A DNA stretch of 43,764 nucleotides from Candidatus Eiseniibacteriota bacterium (GTDB lineage Bacteria > Eisenbacteria > RBG-16-71-46 > DASYSL01). The stretch is from positions 1-43,764 of the forward strand of contig JANPEF010000007.1 in assembly GCA_031431875.1 (NCBI GenBank), written 5' to 3'. Of this stretch, positions 8,737 to 18,349 are shown in pieces. A program made the translations under genes and the position numbers. The notes beneath the pieces are model-generated. The model did no database searches. It worked only from the letters and a program-made list of their open reading frames with translations, and had not been told where the DNA came from. Numbering within the stretch: position 1 is the first letter of the stretch; the number at the start of each line of letters is the position of its first letter.

Positions 8737-9342
8737 TCAGCGCGCCGCCTTCCGCGCGTGCGTCGACTTCTTCACTGCGCGACGAATCGGCGACAGTCCC
8801 AGCAGCGGATTCACTGGCGCAGGCGGCATCTCGAAGTAGGCCGCCTTCCGGCGCTTCTCCGCCGCCGCGGTCATGGGCTTCGCCGGCGCATGCTCCTTCG
8901 TGTACCAGGCCAGGTAGCGCGCGTGGTGCTTCGGGCGCTTCTCGGCGATCCAGGCCACCAGGTCGTCCCCGTTGGTGAAGCGCGCCACCACGTCCGACAG
9001 CTCGCCGCGCCGCTCGCAGTTGCGGGCGTCGTACTTCTTGCACAGCACCGGGTGCGTGCCGTGGACGGTGCAGCTGCCGACGGGCGAGAGCTTCTCGCAC
9101 ACCGTCTCGAACTGTACGTACCAGTGGTTGCCCTTCTCGACGTACATCCAGATGCTCTTGTGATAGAGCAGCCACACGTACTGGTCGTACTGCCACGGCG
9201 TATCAGGAGCGTCGACCTCGACGGCGACGTATGTGCAGCAGCGCACGCAGCCGGCGCAGAGCATCATGTTCTGGGCGGGCGTGAGCGGGCCGTCCTCGGG
9301 AATCGTCACGGCGGTCAATGGGATCTTCAGGTCGTTGGCCAT
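8737..9342 (-). CDS. YkgJ-like cysteine cluster (CxxCxxCC) protein
   Basis: CAGCVRCC, C..L...GSCTVH..HPVLCKKY..NC. Confidence 0.85.
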   Translation of the reverse strand: MANDLKIPLTAVTIPEDGPLTPAQNMMLCAGCVRCCTYVAVEVDAPDTPWQYDQYVWLLYHKSIWMYVEKGNHWYVQFETVCEKLSPVGSCTVHGTHPVLCKKYDARNCERRGELSDVVARFTNGDDLVAWIAEKRPKHHARYLAWYTKEHAPAKPMTAAAEKRRKAAYFEMPPAPVNPLLGLSPIRRAVKKSTHARKAAR

Positions 9343-9375
9343 GGCCACAGTCTCCACACCACCGCGCAGGCGACA

Positions 9376-9408
9376 AGCGAAAACCCCCGGCGAGCGATCG
9401 CCGGGGGC
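9376..9408 (-). terminator. intrinsic terminator
   Basis: CCCCCGGCGA/TCGCCGGGGG stem followed by TTTTCGCTT on the minus strand, downstream of the lipoprotein gene. Confidence 0.65.
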
Positions 9409-9446
9409 CTCGGATGCAGCGGATGCAGCGGGAACGCCGCGGACGG

Positions 9447-10475
9447 TCAGTTCGCCGCGGTCGCGCCGTCGGTCCGCTCGGGTGCCACCACCACGTAGGG
9501 CAGGCCCCACGCCTTCGAGTCGTACGGTGCGACGTCGTCGAACAGCGTGCCGTTCGACAGCGCGTTGACCGCCAGGTGCTTGAGCCCGCCGGCGAGCGGT
9601 GTCAGGAAGCGGCCCTGGCAGCTCCCGTCCTCCATGCGACGCAGGGGCATGCGGCCCCAGCGCGAGTACAGGATCACCCGGTCGGTCGGATCGGCGGTCG
9701 TGGCCGTCACGTGCACCGGCGTCGCCGGCGGCAGGCGCAGCAGCTCGGAGCGGTTCTTGAGCTCGAGCGGGTCGGTGACCGTCACGTCGATCTCGCCGGC
9801 CTGGATGCGCACCGACAGGATCTGGCGCGAGCCCTCGTCCGAGGTGATCTCGGCCCCGGAGGCGGCGCGCAGCCGCCAGCGCGACCAGCCGTCGCGGTGG
9901 CCGTCCTCGGCGTCTTCGCGCTCGTCATCGCTGTCGTCGTCACCTTCGTCGCCAGCCACGCAGCGCTTGCGCACGAACACGGCCTTCCGCACCGACGTGT
10001 CGGCGAGGCGCTTCCTGATCCACTCGCCGCGGACGACTTCGCCTTCGACCGTGTCGGGCCGGGTGATCACGTTGAACGTGCCGAGCAGGCGATCGATGAT
10101 CCTCACGTGCGCGACTCGGGTGAGCGAGTCGGGTTCGGTGATCTCGACCACGTAGCGCCGCTCGTGGCTACGGATGAGGCGGAACCAGAATCCGGGGTCG
10201 ATCGGCGCGTCGAGCGTCGGCTGGCCGCCGAACTGGAGCGCAAACGACGGGTCGGCCATCTCAGTCTTGGCCGCGTCGCCGTCGGCGTAGGTGTCGAACT
10301 CGAACTCCTCGGCCGGAAGCGCCGAGGCTTCCGCCTGGACGCCCGCACTCGAGGCGTAGAGCGCTGCGGGGTTCGCGCCGTCGCCGTTGTCGGCCACGGG
10401 GTTGCTGGAGTTGGAGCACCCGGCCGCGACCGTGAGGACGAGGAGCAGGGCTGGGAGCGCACGCAGGGACGTCAT
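9447..10475 (-). CDS. hypothetical lipoprotein
   Basis: Lipobox VAAG-C; GAGAGG RBS; GC3-biased codon usage. Confidence 0.8.
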   Translation of the reverse strand: MTSLRALPALLLVLTVAAGCSNSSNPVADNGDGANPAALYASSAGVQAEASALPAEEFEFDTYADGDAAKTEMADPSFALQFGGQPTLDAPIDPGFWFRLIRSHERRYVVEITEPDSLTRVAHVRIIDRLLGTFNVITRPDTVEGEVVRGEWIRKRLADTSVRKAVFVRKRCVAGDEGDDDSDDEREDAEDGHRDGWSRWRLRAASGAEITSDEGSRQILSVRIQAGEIDVTVTDPLELKNRSELLRLPPATPVHVTATTADPTDRVILYSRWGRMPLRRMEDGSCQGRFLTPLAGGLKHLAVNALSNGTLFDDVAPYDSKAWGLPYVVVAPERTDGATAAN

Positions 10476-10555
10476 GGCGACCTCTCGATCAAGGGCAAGG
10501 GCTTCGGATGAACGCCCGGGACGCGGGCGGCACGGCGACTTCGCCCAACAAGAGT

Positions 10556-10571
10556 AGCAGCGCCTGTGCCA
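10556..10571 (-). promoter_or_regulatory. sigma54 promoter
   Basis: TGGCACA-GGCG-CTGCT; TGT-N10-ACA near-palindrome upstream at 10736-10751. Confidence 0.6.
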
Positions 10572-10842
10572 TTGGGGGGCCGCCAGTCGCAGTTGCCGGC
10601 GCGGTCGCCGCCAAGTTGCGTCGGCACCGTGCGTTGGCCGGGGGGGTCGGCGGGGCGGCCCGGGGCCTCGGGGCACGGGATGACGGCCTCGCGAACCGGC
10701 GCAGCGTCCGTCCACGGACGCCCGCACGATTCGGCTGTTCCGATCGGGACACCCGGCGGGCGGGGATCCGGATGTACGACGGGGCCCCGGACCAGGTCCG
10801 GGACCCCGCGTTGGAGCGGATGAGTCGGGTCGGGCGTCGAGT

Positions 10843-11640
10843 CTAGAGACCCTTCACGTTCACCGAGTTGTCGAGGCTGACCGTCAGCGTCTGGCCGGCC
10901 TTCACCACCGGGTCGGGGCCGCGCGTCAGGAGCGCCGCCGCCGTTCCGGCCGCCGCACCCGCCGCGGCGCCCTTGGCCGCATCGCCGCCGCTGCCGCCGA
11001 TGATCTTGCCGAGAATCGCGCCGGCTGCAGCACCGCCGACGACCTTCGTGGCGTCGCCCTTCGTGCCCGAGGCGCCCTCGATCGGCGCGCCGACGGTGTC
11101 GATCGCGTACGAACTTCCGTTCGCCTCGATCGAATCGTAGGCGAGCACCATCCTGCCCTTGCCCGATGCCTTGCCGGGGCGTACCGCCTCCACGACATGG
11201 CCGTTGACCGTCGAGCCGGCCGGGAAGATGACCTTGCCGTCGACCACGACATCCTCGGCCAGCGTGCCCGAGAACGTGTCGCCGGCGACCTTGTCCTTCG
11301 TGCTGACCGCGGTCGGGAACGACACCTTGATCGCCGTTCCGGCCGCGACCGTGATGCCCGGGTCGACCTTGGCGGGCGCGGGCTTCGGCGCCGGCTTGGG
11401 GGCCGGGGGCCTGGGCCTGGGCTTCGGCGTCACCGCCGGCGGAGGCATCTCGATCGGCGTCTCGACGATGATGAGCGTCGTGTCGGGGCTCGGTGCGGTC
11501 GCATCCGGCAGGTCGCCCATCGACAGCGTGGAATCGGTCGACGTCCCGCCGGGCATCTCTTCCTTGGGCGCGCAGCCCGTAGCCACCAGCGTGGTGGCCA
11601 CGAGGCCGAGCACGAACAGGTGGGTCCACTGTCGCTTCAT
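10843..11640 (-). CDS. lipoprotein with Pro-rich linker, TrbI/VirB10-like beta domain and glycine zipper
   Basis: Lipobox ATG-C; AGDTFSGTL...IFPAGSTVNGHV; VGGAAAGAILGKIIGG; AAGGAGG RBS. Confidence 0.8.
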   Translation of the reverse strand: MKRQWTHLFVLGLVATTLVATGCAPKEEMPGGTSTDSTLSMGDLPDATAPSPDTTLIIVETPIEMPPPAVTPKPRPRPPAPKPAPKPAPAKVDPGITVAAGTAIKVSFPTAVSTKDKVAGDTFSGTLAEDVVVDGKVIFPAGSTVNGHVVEAVRPGKASGKGRMVLAYDSIEANGSSYAIDTVGAPIEGASGTKGDATKVVGGAAAGAILGKIIGGSGGDAAKGAAAGAAAGTAAALLTRGPDPVVKAGQTLTVSLDNSVNVKGL

Positions 11641-11712
11641 GCGTTCCTCCTTGGGTTGTTGCTGCGGTCGCACCGCATCGTGCGGCCGAAAGTCTCCTGG
11701 GCCGACGAGGGC

Positions 11713-11741
11713 AGTATAGGGGCGACCCCGCGGGGCGTCAT
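11713..11741 (-). promoter_or_regulatory. sigma70-type promoter
   Basis: ATGACG-17-TATACT upstream of 11640. Confidence 0.55.
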
Positions 11742-11862
11742 CTGCCGGGTTCGGCCGCGCCCACGATCCGTGTATGGCAACGCCCGCCGGGGGGAACTCC
11801 GGCGGGCGTCCGGACCGCCCGCTCCGCAGCGGGCCGCCCGTTCGATTGTGGAACGCGCGGGG

Positions 11863-12468
11863 TCAGTCGCCTTTGCGGTTCCGGCTGGTCTTCTCGCTCT
11901 TCTCGCTCTTCTCGTTTTTCGTGCTCCGTTGGCTCTTCGCGCTCTTCGCGCGCTTCGTTTCCCGGACCTCGAGCCCGTTGCGGCCGAAGCGCACGTCGTC
12001 GTCGAGGACCACGGCCCGCTGGTTCTTGAGCTGTCCCGGGGGCCCGCCGTGCGGGTGCACGGGATGGACCGGGTGGTGACGATAGCGATCGGGCACGACC
12101 GTGATCGAGCGCGGCACGTGCCGCAGCTCGACGCCCACGAACGGGCCGCGATAGCCCGAGGCGCGGAACCAGTACCCGCTGTCGTTGATGTACCAGTAGC
12201 GGCCATAGCGATACAGGTCGTAACCGCGATGCTCGACGTAGTAGACCCGGCTCCTCGGCACGAGGACGACTTCGGGTTCGTCGTCGAAGACGACCACGGG
12301 CGCCGGACGGTTTCCGAGACGAATGTTGATGTCCGCGGAGACCTCGGCGCGCAGCGGGGTCGGGTCGACGAGCAGGACGGTCGCGAGCACGACCGCCGTC
12401 GCCACGGCGACAGACGCGGCGCGGGCAGGAAGGCGCGACGAAGGGTGGAGCGGCACGGTGCGGAGCAT
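11863..12468 (-). CDS. secreted hypothetical protein (Tyr/Trp-rich module, PPGQ motif, Lys-rich tail)
   Basis: Signal-peptide-like N-terminus; AAGGAGG RBS; YDLYRYGRYWY...WFRASGYRGPF. Confidence 0.8.
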   Translation of the reverse strand: MLRTVPLHPSSRLPARAASVAVATAVVLATVLLVDPTPLRAEVSADINIRLGNRPAPVVVFDDEPEVVLVPRSRVYYVEHRGYDLYRYGRYWYINDSGYWFRASGYRGPFVGVELRHVPRSITVVPDRYRHHPVHPVHPHGGPPGQLKNQRAVVLDDDVRFGRNGLEVRETKRAKSAKSQRSTKNEKSEKSEKTSRNRKGD

Positions 12469-12562
12469 GGGGTCCTCCTTCGGCCATGACGTCCGCCCCG
12501 GTTCACGAGCGCATCCGTGGGGATGCATCGCCGGGGCGATCGCCGGTGACGCCAGGAAAGAG

Positions 12563-12630
12563 TGCAATGCCCGTGCCACGGGGGCAGCCATTGCAGCCTG
12601 CAACGAACAGACGCAGTAACAAGGAGTTAC
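12563..12630 (-). promoter_or_regulatory. sigma54 promoter with IHF-like site
   Basis: Consensus TGGCACG-GGCA-TTGCA (12578-12563); TAACAA-GGAG-TTA at 12617-12629. Confidence 0.8.
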
Positions 12631-12754
12631 GGGGGCACGCCCGGCGGGGAGCCGGACAGGGACGAGCCGGGCGTGTCGGAAGTGCACGTCCCGGCGGTCG
12701 GGGTGCGGCCGGTCGGCCGCACTGTCCGGGGCCCGAGTCGGGGTCCCCGGGGAC

Positions 12755-13777
12755 TCAACCGGCGGGGCCCGGGCCGGCCGCGACGCCGGCCATCCCCTCG
12801 AGAATGGCGATCCGTTTCTGCAGCGGGGGATGGGTGCCGAACAGCTCGGCGACCTCGCCGTCGCGCTCGTTGACCTTCAGCCCGCGCGGATCGGTGATGC
12901 ACAGGTGCGCCGAGCCCTGGCTGATCAGCCGCGTCGGCTGGTGCGCGGCGCCGATCTTCTTGAGCGCCGCCGCGAGGCCGAGCGGGTTGCGCGTCAGTTC
13001 CGCGCTCGACGCATCGGCCAGGTACTCGCGCGAACGGGACACCGCGAGCGCCAGCAGGCGCGCGACGAACGGGGCGAGCACCGCGACCAGGATCCAGACC
13101 ACGAACAGCAGCGCCATGCCCCCGCCGCCGCCGTCACCGGAGCGGCGCGAATCGCTGCGGCTGCGGCCCACGCTTCCGCCCGAGTGATACATGCCGCGCC
13201 GCGCGACGTCCGACAGCAGCGCCGCCGCGCCGAGCAGCGCGGTGACCAGCGTCATCGCGCGGATGTCGAGGTTGCGCACGTGCGACATCTCGTGGCCGAT
13301 CACGCCCTGCAGCTCCTCGCGATCGAGCGACTCGAGCAGGCCGCGGGTGACCGCGATCGAGGCGTGCGCGGGATCGCGCCCCACCGCGAAGGCGTTCGGG
13401 TCGGAGTCGGGAACGACGTACGTGGCCGGCTTCGGCAGGCCCGCCGCGATCGCCATCTCCTCGACCACGTTGACGAACTGGCGCTCCAGCGGATCCTGGA
13501 GGTCGGCCGGCTGCGCCTGCGTCGAGGCGAGGACCTGTGCGGCGCCGCCGAACCAGCTGTTCGCCGCGTGGAAGAGGCCGAACAGCAGCGCGACGGGCGT
13601 CGCCAGCGGAAACTCGATCGCGCCGTCCCCGGCCGGACTCCAGCCGAGGAGGAACACGTCGATCCCCAGGCCGAGGAACAGGACGAGCGCGAAGAAGCCC
13701 ACGAGCAGCAGGACCGAGTTGCGACGATTCTCGGCCTGCAACTCGTAGAACGTGGCGCGCTGCGGCGCGTCGGACAC
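12755..13777 (-). CDS. htpX: M48 family zinc metalloprotease HtpX
   Basis: PNAFAVG, GHEMSHV, SRSREYLAD and THPP motifs; follows lemA. Confidence 0.9.
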   Translation of the reverse strand: MSDAPQRATFYELQAENRRNSVLLLVGFFALVLFLGLGIDVFLLGWSPAGDGAIEFPLATPVALLFGLFHAANSWFGGAAQVLASTQAQPADLQDPLERQFVNVVEEMAIAAGLPKPATYVVPDSDPNAFAVGRDPAHASIAVTRGLLESLDREELQGVIGHEMSHVRNLDIRAMTLVTALLGAAALLSDVARRGMYHSGGSVGRSRSDSRRSGDGGGGGMALLFVVWILVAVLAPFVARLLALAVSRSREYLADASSAELTRNPLGLAAALKKIGAAHQPTRLISQGSAHLCITDPRGLKVNERDGEVAELFGTHPPLQKRIAILEGMAGVAAGPGPAG

Positions 13778-14343
13778 TACGAGAGGGAGAGGTCGACGGT
13801 CGGCACGGCCTTGTCCGCCTCGGGCACGGCGAGGAACTCGGACGGCTGGAAACCGAACAACTGCGCGACCAGGGTGCCGGGGAACATCTGCTGCGCCGAG
13901 TTGAACTTCATCACCACGTCGTTGTAGAACTGGCGCGCGAAGCCGACCTTGTTCTCCGTCGCGGTCACCTCTTCCTGCAACTGCAGCGCATTCTGGTTGG
14001 ACTTGAGCTCCGGATAGTTCTCCATCACCGCGAGCAGTCGCCCGAGGCCCTGCGATAGTTCGGCCTCGGCGTCGCCGCGCTCCTTCATCGACGTGGCGCC
14101 GAGCGCGCGCGCGCGCGCGTTCATCACCTTCTCGAGCGTGTCCTGCTCGAACTTCATGACGCCCTTCACCGTGTTGACCAGGTTGGGGATCAGGTCGGCG
14201 CGCCGCTTGAGCTGGACGTCGATCTGCGCCCAGGCGTTCTGCACCTGGTTCTTGAGCTGGACCAGGCCGTTGAACTGGCCGACCAGCCAGAGGGCGATCA
14301 CGACCGCGACACCGACGAGAAACAGCAGGGCCATGAAGATCAT
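13777..14343 (-). CDS. lemA: LemA family protein
   Basis: NAWAQIDVQLKRRADLIPNLV; ENYPELKSN; ARQFYND. Confidence 0.95.
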   Translation of the reverse strand: MIFMALLFLVGVAVVIALWLVGQFNGLVQLKNQVQNAWAQIDVQLKRRADLIPNLVNTVKGVMKFEQDTLEKVMNARARALGATSMKERGDAEAELSQGLGRLLAVMENYPELKSNQNALQLQEEVTATENKVGFARQFYNDVVMKFNSAQQMFPGTLVAQLFGFQPSEFLAVPEADKAVPTVDLSLS

Positions 14344-14618
14344 CGATTTCCTCCGGGCGGGACCTCGAACGGCAGGAGGCGGGCGGCGGATGCCGCCGGC
14401 GTGTGCCGTCGATGCACTACGTGGCGCCGCCCGGCCGGTTGCACCCGCCCCGGCGGCAGGGTGGCGAGACGGAGCCTAGTCCGTGCGGCGCGCCTGCGCT
14501 AGAGTCCCGGCGGGCCCGGCTCGGTTCCGCCGCCGCCCACCCGGCGCGCAGGCGCCGCCACCCCCGGCGGCGCTGGAGGCGCGCCCTGCCGTCCCCGCCC
14601 GGGGGCAGGAGGAAGCAG

Positions 14619-14849
14619 ATGCAGATCAGGATCAACTACTGCACGGAATGAAACTATCTTCCGAGGGCCTCCAGTTTGGCGGCCGATCTGAAGCAGAAGT
14701 TCGGGGTCGATTCGATCCTCAAGCCGGGGCATGGTGGCGTCTTCGACGTCTTCGCCGACGGTGCCCTGGTCTACTCGAAGAAGGAAACGAAGCGGTTTCC
14801 CAACCCCGGTGAAGTCGATGCCCTGATCGAGGCGATGGGCGCGAAGTAG
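14619..14849 (+). CDS. SelW/SelT/SelH (Rdx) family selenoprotein, Sec at UGA 14649-14651
   Basis: AGGAGG RBS; MQIRINYCTE-U-NYLPRASSLAADLKQKFG...GGVFDV..DG.LVYSKK..RFP is the Rdx CxxU pattern and continues in frame past the TGA. Confidence 0.92.
14666..14684 (+). promoter_or_regulatory. putative bacterial SECIS hairpin
   Basis: GGCC-U-CCA-[GUU]-UGG-C-GGCC starting 14 nt after the UGA, with G in the apical loop. Confidence 0.6.
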
Positions 14850-14957
14850 CGGCGGCGGGCCGGCGCGGATCGCACGTTCGCGTCGGCTCCCGTGGCGCCG
14901 CATCCCGATCCGCCAACTCGTCGTGCCGAGCGCGGCGCACGACTCCGAGGACCCCAC

Positions 14958-15149
14958 GTGGCCGAGCAGAAGTTCAACGAGCTGGGCGACCCGATCTGTC
15001 CGCAGTGCGGCTCCGAGGACACGGCTCCGATCCACCAGGAGCCGATGTGGGCGAGCAATGACGAGCCCGATCCCGAGGTGAAGGATCCGCCGTGGTATCG
15101 CTGCCTGGCCTGTCGCCACAAGTGGCGGACGGACACCATGGGGCGGTAG
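14958..15149 (+). CDS. small zinc-ribbon protein
   Basis: CPQCGS...YRCLACRHKW; GAGGA RBS before GTG. Confidence 0.7.
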   Translation: MAEQKFNELGDPICPQCGSEDTAPIHQEPMWASNDEPDPEVKDPPWYRCLACRHKWRTDTMGR

Positions 15150-15203
15150 GCTGTTTGAGCATTGACCGTCTTGCCGAGGCTGTGGCAATCAGGGGGATCA
15201 CGA

Positions 15204-15890
15204 ATGGCCAGGGCGCGAGTGGCTGACTTCGACCCACGGGAGATCTCGAGGTATTCCCTGACTGAAGGGGCGCTCTATGCCGGCGTGCCTCGGTCGACCG
15301 TTCGCAATTGGACGGCAAAGGGGCCGGATCGCCGGCCCGTGCTTCACACCCCGGCGCCTGATGGATCGCAGACGCTTTGCTTCTACAACCTCATCGAGAC
15401 ATACATTCTGTCCACGCTTCGTCGCGAGTACGGACTCTCACTTCAGAGCATCCGGAAGGCGGTACGCTTCATCGAGCGCGCCTATCCTGGTCGCCATCCG
15501 CTAGCCACGGAGCAGTTCGTGACCGACGGCGTCAGTCTATTCGTGCAGGAGGCCGACGGTGGGGCTCTCGTGAACGCAAGCAGACTGGGGCAGGTCGAGG
15601 TAGGAGAGGTCGTTCAGCGGTATCTGCGCCGGATTCATCACGACGAGCATGGAATGGCCCGACGCTTCTATCCGACAGGGCTCGACCGAAGCAGAGCGGC
15701 CGGCACGGCCATCGTGATCGATCCCCAGATCGGCTTCGGCAGGCCCGTGATTCAGAGTCGCTCGATTCCGGTGGACGTAATCCTCGACCGATTCGACGCC
15801 GGCGATAGCCTTGTCGAGCTCGCGAGGGACTTCAGGTGCCCCCCAGAGTCCATTGAAGCGGCGATCCGGGCATTCCACAGAGCCGCCTGA
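15204..15890 (+). CDS. DUF433-containing antitoxin (VapB45-like)
   Basis: N-terminal HTH (YSLTEGALYAGVPRSTVRNW); HPLA; IVIDPQIGFGRPVI..SIPVDVILDRFDAGDSLVELARDF. Confidence 0.9.
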   Translation: MARARVADFDPREISRYSLTEGALYAGVPRSTVRNWTAKGPDRRPVLHTPAPDGSQTLCFYNLIETYILSTLRREYGLSLQSIRKAVRFIERAYPGRHPLATEQFVTDGVSLFVQEADGGALVNASRLGQVEVGEVVQRYLRRIHHDEHGMARRFYPTGLDRSRAAGTAIVIDPQIGFGRPVIQSRSIPVDVILDRFDAGDSLVELARDFRCPPESIEAAIRAFHRAA

Positions 15891-16285
15891 ACCCATCACG
15901 ATTTTCGTCGATCGATCGCTCGGTCGGATCGGCGGCGGTTGACGTATTGGTGGAAGCTGGCCTCGACGTAGTCAGGCACGACTCAGTGTTTGATCCTACG
16001 ACGCCTGATGTCGAGTGGCTCGCTGAAGTTGGCAAGCGCGGCTGGCCTGTGCTCACGCGAGACTCCAGGATTCGACGGCGCCCAGACGAGCGCAAGGCGT
16101 ATCTCGATGCCAGGGTGCCCGTGTTTGTCCTCAGCTCAGGAAATCTACCGGGAGCGCAAGAGGCGGAAGCCGTTCGGAATGCCGTTCCAGGCATTCGCAG
16201 GGTCATTGCGAAGGGGAAGCCGCCCTTGATCGCCGGTATTGATCGCTTCGGGAGGGTAAGCTTGATCGAGCACTCGAACGAATGA
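15853..16285 (+). pseudogene. PIN-like toxin (VapC45-like), frameshifted
   Basis: TTG 15853 gives ...PPEPITIFVDRSLGRI, then TGA at 15940; the sequence continues in the +1 frame as AAVDVLVEAG...PDVEWL...WPVLTRDSRIR; one extra G near 15931. Confidence 0.8.
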
Positions 16286-16286
16286 G

Positions 16287-17327
16287 CTAGCGAGGTTGGA
16301 CAGGTGACTCCTCGAGCGTGAGGCTTGGTCGCCGTCCGGCGTCGAGCGTCGCGCGCGTGCCGAGCGGAAGCGTGAGCGACGGCCGCGCGGTGTGCCCGTA
16401 GGGAAAACGCCAGGCGACCGGCACGCCGAGGTCGCCCAGACGATCGCGCAACACGTCTTCGAGCGTCCAGTCCGCGTCCTTCTCCGGGTGACACGCCGGG
16501 AAGTCCCCCAGCACGATGCCCCGCACGCCGTCGAACACGCCCGCGCGCCGCAGTTGCGTGAGCATGCGGTCGATGCGGAACGGCGGCTCGATCACGTCCT
16601 CGAGCAGCAGGATCGCGCCGCGTGCGTCGAGTTCCTCGGGACAGCCGATCGACGAGACGATCAGCGACAGGCAGCCGCCGGCCAGCCGCCCGCGCGCGAG
16701 TCCCGGCACGATCGTGCGCGCCGCGAGCGGGGCGAAGCGCATCCCGCGCGCGCTGTCGCCGAACAGCACCGCGTGGAAACTCGCGGCGTCGTAACCGCCG
16801 CTCCTCGAGACGCCGGGTCCGGCCGGCCGGCCGTCGCGCACCGCGCGATCGCCGGCGGCGAGCAGGCGCTGCGCGCTCGCCAGCGTCGCGCCGCCCGTGC
16901 GCGCACCGTCGGCCAGCTCCCACGCGGCCATCGGCCCGTGGAACGAGACGAGGCCGGCGCGGGCGCAGGCGAGGTGGATCGTCGTGTTGTCGGAGAAGCC
17001 GCAGAAGATCTTCGGGTGCTTGCGCAGGAACTTCGGGGTCAGCGCGTCGACGATGCGCGCCGTGCCGTAACCGCCGCGCGCCGCGAAGATCGCCTTCACT
17101 TCGGGATTGGCCCACAGTGCGACGAGGTCCACCTCGCGCCGGTCGTCGTCGCCGGCCAGGTAGCGCGTGCGCGCGAGCACGCCTGCGCCCAGGCGGACGC
17201 GCAGTCCGTGGCGCTCGAGCGTGCGCACGCCGCGCACCAGGCGCGCGTGGGGCACCGGGCCGGCCGGCGCGACGACGGCGACGAGATCGCCGCGCCGAAG
17301 GGCCCGCGGCCGGAGCAGCGTGGGCAC
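16287..17327 (-). CDS. LD-carboxypeptidase (peptidase S66)
   Basis: ARGGYG, GFSDNT (catalytic Ser), LLEDV and YGH; GTG start overlaps the upstream TAG. Confidence 0.92.
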   Translation of the reverse strand: MPTLLRPRALRRGDLVAVVAPAGPVPHARLVRGVRTLERHGLRVRLGAGVLARTRYLAGDDDRREVDLVALWANPEVKAIFAARGGYGTARIVDALTPKFLRKHPKIFCGFSDNTTIHLACARAGLVSFHGPMAAWELADGARTGGATLASAQRLLAAGDRAVRDGRPAGPGVSRSGGYDAASFHAVLFGDSARGMRFAPLAARTIVPGLARGRLAGGCLSLIVSSIGCPEELDARGAILLLEDVIEPPFRIDRMLTQLRRAGVFDGVRGIVLGDFPACHPEKDADWTLEDVLRDRLGDLGVPVAWRFPYGHTARPSLTLPLGTRATLDAGRRPSLTLEESPVQPR

Positions 17328-18349
17328 TAGCGGGCCTGTTCCTCGGCGACGTCGCCCGGGAGCGCCTGGGTCAGCTCGAAGCCGCCGTTCCCGCCGACCG
17401 CGTGCCAGTACCACGACGTCCACAGTCGCCGCGTCGTGTCGTAGCGGCTCACGCCCTGGTTCGTCGTCGCCCACACCATGCGGCCGTCCCCGGCGAGGTC
17501 GTAGATCAGGTCGCCCGAGATGCGCGAGTTGTCGGGCGAGAACTGGCGCCACTCGCGCTTCTTTGGCCGGTAGAGCACGACGCCGCGCAGGCCCTCGAGC
17601 CGCGTCGGGCCGAAGCGGCCGGTGCCAATCCACAACGCATCGTCGAGGACGAGCAGCCGCGTCACCGAAGCATCGACCATGAACTTGTGCCGATGGACGC
17701 GGAACGTGTGGCTCGTGCGATCGTAGCTGACCACCCCGCCGAGCTGGCCGTCGCCGCCAGTGAAGCCGCCGGCAAGCCCGAACCACAGGGCGTCGTCGGT
17801 GACGATGGTGGGCCCGGGAACGTTGTGCAGCCGGCCGGTGGAGAGCAACTGCAGGAGGCGATCCTCGGGGAACTCGCTCGGCAAACCGAGGCGCACCTCG
17901 CGGCCCCAGCGCTCGACCTCGGCCTCGGTGACCGCGGGCCAGCCGCGGTCCTCGCCGTTCTCGAGGAGCGCGTAGCCCGAGTCGCGCTTGGCCAGCGCGA
18001 AGCCCTCGCCAAGCTCGATCGTGGTGCGACCGGCAAATTGGTCGAACAGGCCGCCCGCGAACACGAGCACCTGGTCGAGTCGGCCGGACGGTGGCGCGGC
18101 GATCGGGCCGATCGCCGGGCGGGTCCACGTCCCGGTGCGGGGATCGAACGAGAGGCTCATCGCCCGGCCCGACGAGTCCGCACCGGTGTGGGCGTTCACC
18201 GTGGCACCGGCGACGCCGTCCACGTTCTCCAGATCGAGTCCGAGGAGGGCAGGCACGGCCGGTCCCTCGCCGTCGGCGGCCGAAACGGCGCCCGGCTGGG
18301 CGAGCAGGAGGGCGAGGACGGAAACGGTGGATGCGAGGGAGCGGATCAT
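17327..18349 (-). CDS. secreted protein with beta-propeller-like repeats
   Basis: Signal peptide; LWFG, LWIGT and VWATTNQGVSRYD repeats. Confidence 0.75.
   Translation of the reverse strand: MIRSLASTVSVLALLLAQPGAVSAADGEGPAVPALLGLDLENVDGVAGATVNAHTGADSSGRAMSLSFDPRTGTWTRPAIGPIAAPPSGRLDQVLVFAGGLFDQFAGRTTIELGEGFALAKRDSGYALLENGEDRGWPAVTEAEVERWGREVRLGLPSEFPEDRLLQLLSTGRLHNVPGPTIVTDDALWFGLAGGFTGGDGQLGGVVSYDRTSHTFRVHRHKFMVDASVTRLLVLDDALWIGTGRFGPTRLEGLRGVVLYRPKKREWRQFSPDNSRISGDLIYDLAGDGRMVWATTNQGVSRYDTTRRLWTSWYWHAVGGNGGFELTQALPGDVAEEQAR

Noticed and set aside
10843..11640. VirB10-like domain as evidence of a conjugative element
   Set aside because: No other T4SS, relaxase or integrase genes in the window
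14103..14119. (GC)8 run in lemA as a phase-variation tract
   Set aside because: In frame, encodes ARARA, and expected at this GC content
14540..14610. GC-rich hairpins in the selenoprotein leader
   Set aside because: Local GC is extremely high, so such stems arise by chance; no recognisable motif
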